64,000 bases of DNA from Botryllus schlosseri. Its lineage: Eukaryota. A program made the position numbers and the translations under genes. Below, in pieces: positions 59,811 to 64,000 of this stretch. Where the stretch lies: NCBI GenBank assembly GCA_051294905.1, contig CM119371.1, positions 7,130,001 through 7,194,000 of the forward strand, given 5' to 3'. The notes below the pieces were generated by a model. That model had not been told where the DNA came from and did not search any database. It saw only the letters and a program-made list of their open reading frames with translations. The stretch's first letter is position 1. The number at the start of each line of letters is the position of its first letter.

Positions 59811-60460
59811 CAATAGTTGGTATTATTATCACAGCAATGTAGCGTGACAGCTGATATTGTAACACTGCTTTGAAAGCTAAGTAAGCGCTGCTTTCTCGAA
59901 ATCCCGGGATTTCCAAAATACCTTAAAATACTGTGACTCCAATGCTAGTATTGACTGACCCCTTAATATCTTTTGCAGATTTAGGAGGATGTGAACCGGC
60001 CCAGTCCCGGCGAAATTCCAGGGGAGTACGAATATGGCGTCTTGAAGCAGGCAATGAAACGAAGAATTCATAAAATTCAAACCCGAGCCCCTCTCTGGGT
60101 CACAGGTTGTCACGACAACGGAATCAGACACTGAAAAAATTTCAAATTTGTCGAGGGAGAACTCATTACGAAAAGAGCCGCCTTCACTTTGTTGACATCT
60201 AGTGACCGGGCGAAGCGCACAATCCAAGTCGGAGGCCAAATCAAACAATTGTCCCAAAAAGGTGGATACGGTCCAGACAGACTTGGACAACTACATAATT
60301 CAAGAACTACTGCATTTCGCAGATGTGTTACCCTGACTATTCCCAAAGCCAAAATACGGTGCCTTTTACTTTGGGAAAATATGCAATTTAGGTTGCATAT
60401 TCTAATACTCACTATGCACAGATGATATTGTACAGAAATTTTGATTCTTTCGCTCTAGTT

Positions 60461-60912
60461 CAGTGGTTCCCAACCTTTTTGTCTTCATTCCCCAGTTCAG
60501 ATTTATTCCAAGCCTTCATTCCCCAATATCCAAAATTTTTGTCATTATGGAGCAGCTGTTTCCTTGTTTGAGTACACAAGACACAACTGCGCCAGTAGTA
60601 CACAAGACAATCGCACATAACTGCAACATAAAACGTATTCTGAACCGATACCGGTAACCATCAAAATTAAGCGAAACCGGTATTTCACGTCGTACTGATC
60701 GTGCTGGATGGGATTGTACGTTAAAAATGAGTTTTGTGAACAACACGCAATATAATTTTCATTACATGCATTCCAGAGTAGTTAACTAGTAGCGATAATC
60801 GTGCGTGTGTCTCCGTAAATATGCAGACTGTCATGTATATGTATATAGTGTTTGACAAATGGTCTATTCCCCACCAGAAAACATTAAATTCCCCACCGGT
60901 AAGGAACTACTG
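60461..60912. mobile_element. hAT-type MITE
   Basis: CAGTGGTTCCCAACC...GGAACTACTG; flanks share TCTAG (imperfect TSD). Confidence 0.7.
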
Positions 60913-62031
60913 TTCTAGAGCTGTTTGCTACAGTTGCTACTGCTAGTTCGACATCTTCACTTTGTGTCTGTGTTTTGAGTAGGATTAAGTTGTTGTTTGC
61001 GGAACCTGAGGCTTTTGGCATAGCAGGTTTTTATGAACATATCAACACTAAATTTAAGACACGACTGTGTTCAGGTTAAGCTTGAAATTCAATGTCTCTC
61101 TGCTTTTGTGCTATCTGTTGCTTACAACCAGGGCTGTAGAGTCGGAGATTTGGCTAGTTTTTCACCTGATGGAGTCGGATCTCAGAATTTTTTAGCATTT
61201 CTTGGAGTCGGAGTCATGAAAACTATTGTGGTTGGAGTCAGAGTCGTGGAACGAATACTGACTCAAATTGGAGTTTCTAATAATGTCCCTGACTCCGACT
61301 TCAACTTCTGTATTATGATAACAATTGCTTTCAAGGGTATCTTTAAATTACTAATAATAACTGAAATAGGATTTTTATGTACCATCAATCATGTCATTAG
61401 TAAGAGAAAGAAATTCGCAATATGCATCTTCGCGATGCAGTCACAATTTGATGCATATTTTGGAATTATGCCGTGATACTGTGACTGAGTAAATACATCG
61501 TCTGGTTTCCTTAAATTGTAAAATCGATGTAAATATAACCAAACGCTGCTTCTCACTTGACTAAATTAAAAATACTTTTAGTGTAGCTCAGCTGCTTGGG
61601 TCGAACAAATGATTAAGAAAGACTGCAAGTCCTAGTCCTTGAATACTTAACTAAGTGCATGTGGACTAGACATATGCTATTTGACTACTTCCTGAATTCC
61701 GTTTCTGACCAATGTTTATTACTAATGAGATGATGCGCAATGAGCAGACAATGGGCCGTCTACAACGGTAGGCCTATGAAATAGGCTACAAGCTGTAAAA
61801 TACCAAATGATAAGTTCACCGACAGTGCAAAATCTACGATAAAAACAAAATGCACAGGTCAAACAAATTTTGACTTTGTGAACATTTTTGACCTAGCGCT
61901 TCAATTTAGACTTATTTTGACATGTCAAAAAGATCCCCCTACTAATCATCTTTCCTTCAATAACAGTGCTTGACTATATCATATTAATCATAGGATCATT
62001 CTATATTGCCTATTGTGGATGATTGACAATC

Positions 62032-63651
62032 ATGGTGCAGATTGTGTGTCCAAATGTAGAGAAACATTCAGTGAAGATGATGGAAGAATTACATCGAATG
62101 AAGCAGGAAAACGATCATTGTGATTTCATAATTCAAGTAGGAGATCGTGTCTATTACACTCACAAAAATGTATTGTCGGCTGGTTGTGCTTATTTCAAAG
62201 CTATGTTAAAGCACGATACAAAAGAGAGTCGTGAAGGAAAAGTTGTTTTGAAAGAAGTCGATTCTCAGTGTGTGAAAAACTGCATCGATTTCATATATTC
62301 GGGTAAATTTGAGATTCCTGATGAAAAGATGAATGATCTTCTCCATGTCGCAATCATGATGCAGTTGGATGACGTGAAACAGGCAATATCTGACGTTTTG
62401 GAGAAATCAGTTAATGTGGGGAATTACTTTTCCACAAGAAATGTCGCCGATGTTTATGGACTGGATGCTGTCTCTACGCGATGTAGAGCATTTTTTCATG
62501 AAAATATCATGGAAATATCGAACCAACCTGAATTTGGAAATATTGAAAAAACTATCATTTTCTGTTTTTTGAAGTCGGAACAATCAAAGTTATGCGAAGA
62601 AGAAAAACTAAGGTTATCGTTCAATTGGGTCAAGAAAAAAACGAAAAATCAGGAACATTTGCACGAATGTCTCGAAGAAATCAAGTTCGATAAAGTCTCT
62701 CCGGCATTTTTAGAACATCTTTTGGAATCAAACCAAATTATCGGTAACGACTTTGGACTGTACAAATTGATCAATGGACATCTTTTGAAAGCATCGCACA
62801 AAATGAACGAAGAAATTGACAACGATGAATTGATAATTCTTTTTGATAATGACGCAGATTGTATCCGATCCTTTAATCCAGTAACTGAGAAAGTAGACAA
62901 GTTACATGATGAGAAGTTTTGGAATTTAGCACAGTTCTCGGCGATTTCTCTTGACTTTTACATCTACATTTTAGGTCTGGATAAATCAGTTCATCGGCTC
63001 AATTTTCAGAGCCAAAATTCAAAATGGGAAAGAATGAAAGATATGATTTGTGATCATGGAGCCTATCCCCGATCAGTTTCATTGTTAGGATCGATATTTG
63101 TTGTCGGAGGAAGTTCTCCCAAAGCAACAAGTGATGTGGAAGTATTTACTTATCCCGCGAATCAATGGATTCAACTAAAAGACAAACCTACAGCGATATG
63201 TGGTGCAAGTCTCGTACCATTGAATGAGTCCATCTATTGTATCGGAGGTATAGGACAAGATGGTGTCGCAGTTTCTTCATTCTGCAGATTCACTCCATCC
63301 TCATCTGAGTGGGTTGACCTCGACACAATGAGATATCCTGTGTCTGACAGTGGTGTTGTTGCAGTTGATCAAAAGATATTTGTGATCGGTGGGGGGAGGG
63401 AAGAATTCCAAGTCAGCAACGTAGAATGTTACGATGTTACTTCAGCTCAGTGGACTTCATTGTCTTCTATGAATGATTGTCATGATCAAGTTTCTGCGTA
63501 TCACATTGACAAGTGGATTTTTGTAGTATCAAATTTTGAAGCCTCCAATCAAATTGAAAAGTATGATATATCGCAAGACAATTGGACGATAGTGAAACCA
63601 AGAGTAGATCAAGAGTTTGAAATTTATGCATCCATATTCATGAAGAGATAA
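62032..63651 (+). CDS. Kelch-like BTB-BACK-Kelch protein, copy 4 (539 aa from the ATG)
   Basis: Close paralog of copies 1 and 2; its upstream region 61060-62031 matches the reverse complement of 2197-2646. Confidence 0.93.
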   Translation: MVQIVCPNVEKHSVKMMEELHRMKQENDHCDFIIQVGDRVYYTHKNVLSAGCAYFKAMLKHDTKESREGKVVLKEVDSQCVKNCIDFIYSGKFEIPDEKMNDLLHVAIMMQLDDVKQAISDVLEKSVNVGNYFSTRNVADVYGLDAVSTRCRAFFHENIMEISNQPEFGNIEKTIIFCFLKSEQSKLCEEEKLRLSFNWVKKKTKNQEHLHECLEEIKFDKVSPAFLEHLLESNQIIGNDFGLYKLINGHLLKASHKMNEEIDNDELIILFDNDADCIRSFNPVTEKVDKLHDEKFWNLAQFSAISLDFYIYILGLDKSVHRLNFQSQNSKWERMKDMICDHGAYPRSVSLLGSIFVVGGSSPKATSDVEVFTYPANQWIQLKDKPTAICGASLVPLNESIYCIGGIGQDGVAVSSFCRFTPSSSEWVDLDTMRYPVSDSGVVAVDQKIFVIGGGREEFQVSNVECYDVTSAQWTSLSSMNDCHDQVSAYHIDKWIFVVSNFEASNQIEKYDISQDNWTIVKPRVDQEFEIYASIFMKR

Positions 63652-64000
63652 ATTGCACTCATCTGAGCAGACTTGCACAAATTACTGGATTTTAAAAATG
63701 CAACTCAACCTAGAACTAAATCCACTCACTTTTCAAAACTGTCTACTAGAACTAAAATTAATATGCTTTAAAAATCCATAACCTGGAACTAAAACACAAC
63801 TTAGTCGATTCAATTCCGAAGCCACTGCAGCAGTGATAATGTGAATTACTGAATTGGAAATGACCTTCAAAATATCGGGGATAGAATCGGCGTTTATAAA
63901 GAATTTAGTTTATAGTTCGAGATGTAACGGTTTTCAACCAACCCATACCACTGTTTATATTCACACTAATTTTAACACAAGAACTATTCGCTTTCAAAAT

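Noticed and set aside
61033-61476. 147-aa ORF upstream of Kelch copy 4
   Set aside because: Spans a GGAGTC-repeat MITE-like segment and is not kept open in the paralogous regions.
1-64000. tRNA, rRNA, snRNA or SL RNA genes
   Set aside because: No cloverleaf or recognisable conserved RNA sequence found by eye; a tRNAscan-SE/Infernal run would be needed to exclude them.

Overview
Eukaryotic, AT-rich, repeat-dense animal DNA; the repeat repertoire resembles a marine invertebrate such as an ascidian (inference only). The host backbone is a cluster of intronless BTB-BACK-Kelch genes: three intact copies (556-2187 minus; 42157-43785 and 62032-63651 plus) and one 5' remnant (56274), set in duplicated blocks. 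The ~40 kb between the divergent copies 1 and 2 is almost all mobile DNA. It holds (i) a Mutator (MULE) element with a 9-bp TSD and foldback-type TIRs, whose transposase-SWIM-Ulp1-PHD gene carries one nonsense codon; (ii) a compact plus-strand cassette (11986-26037) of an intact Merlin/IS1595-type DDE transposase, a class I viral fusion-type glycoprotein, a paralogous mucin-stalked glycoprotein, an orphan ORF and a Gag-like ORF with PPxY and YPxL late domains, with no RT, pol or LTR visible; (iii) two inverted copies of a composite minisatellite/LINE-tail repeat; (iv) an intact BEL/Pao LTR retrotransposon with apparently identical LTRs; and (v) Harbinger and LINE remnants plus many MITEs. The virus-like cassette joined to a Merlin transposase is the main candidate for an undescribed system. 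All comparisons were made by eye; no searches were run.
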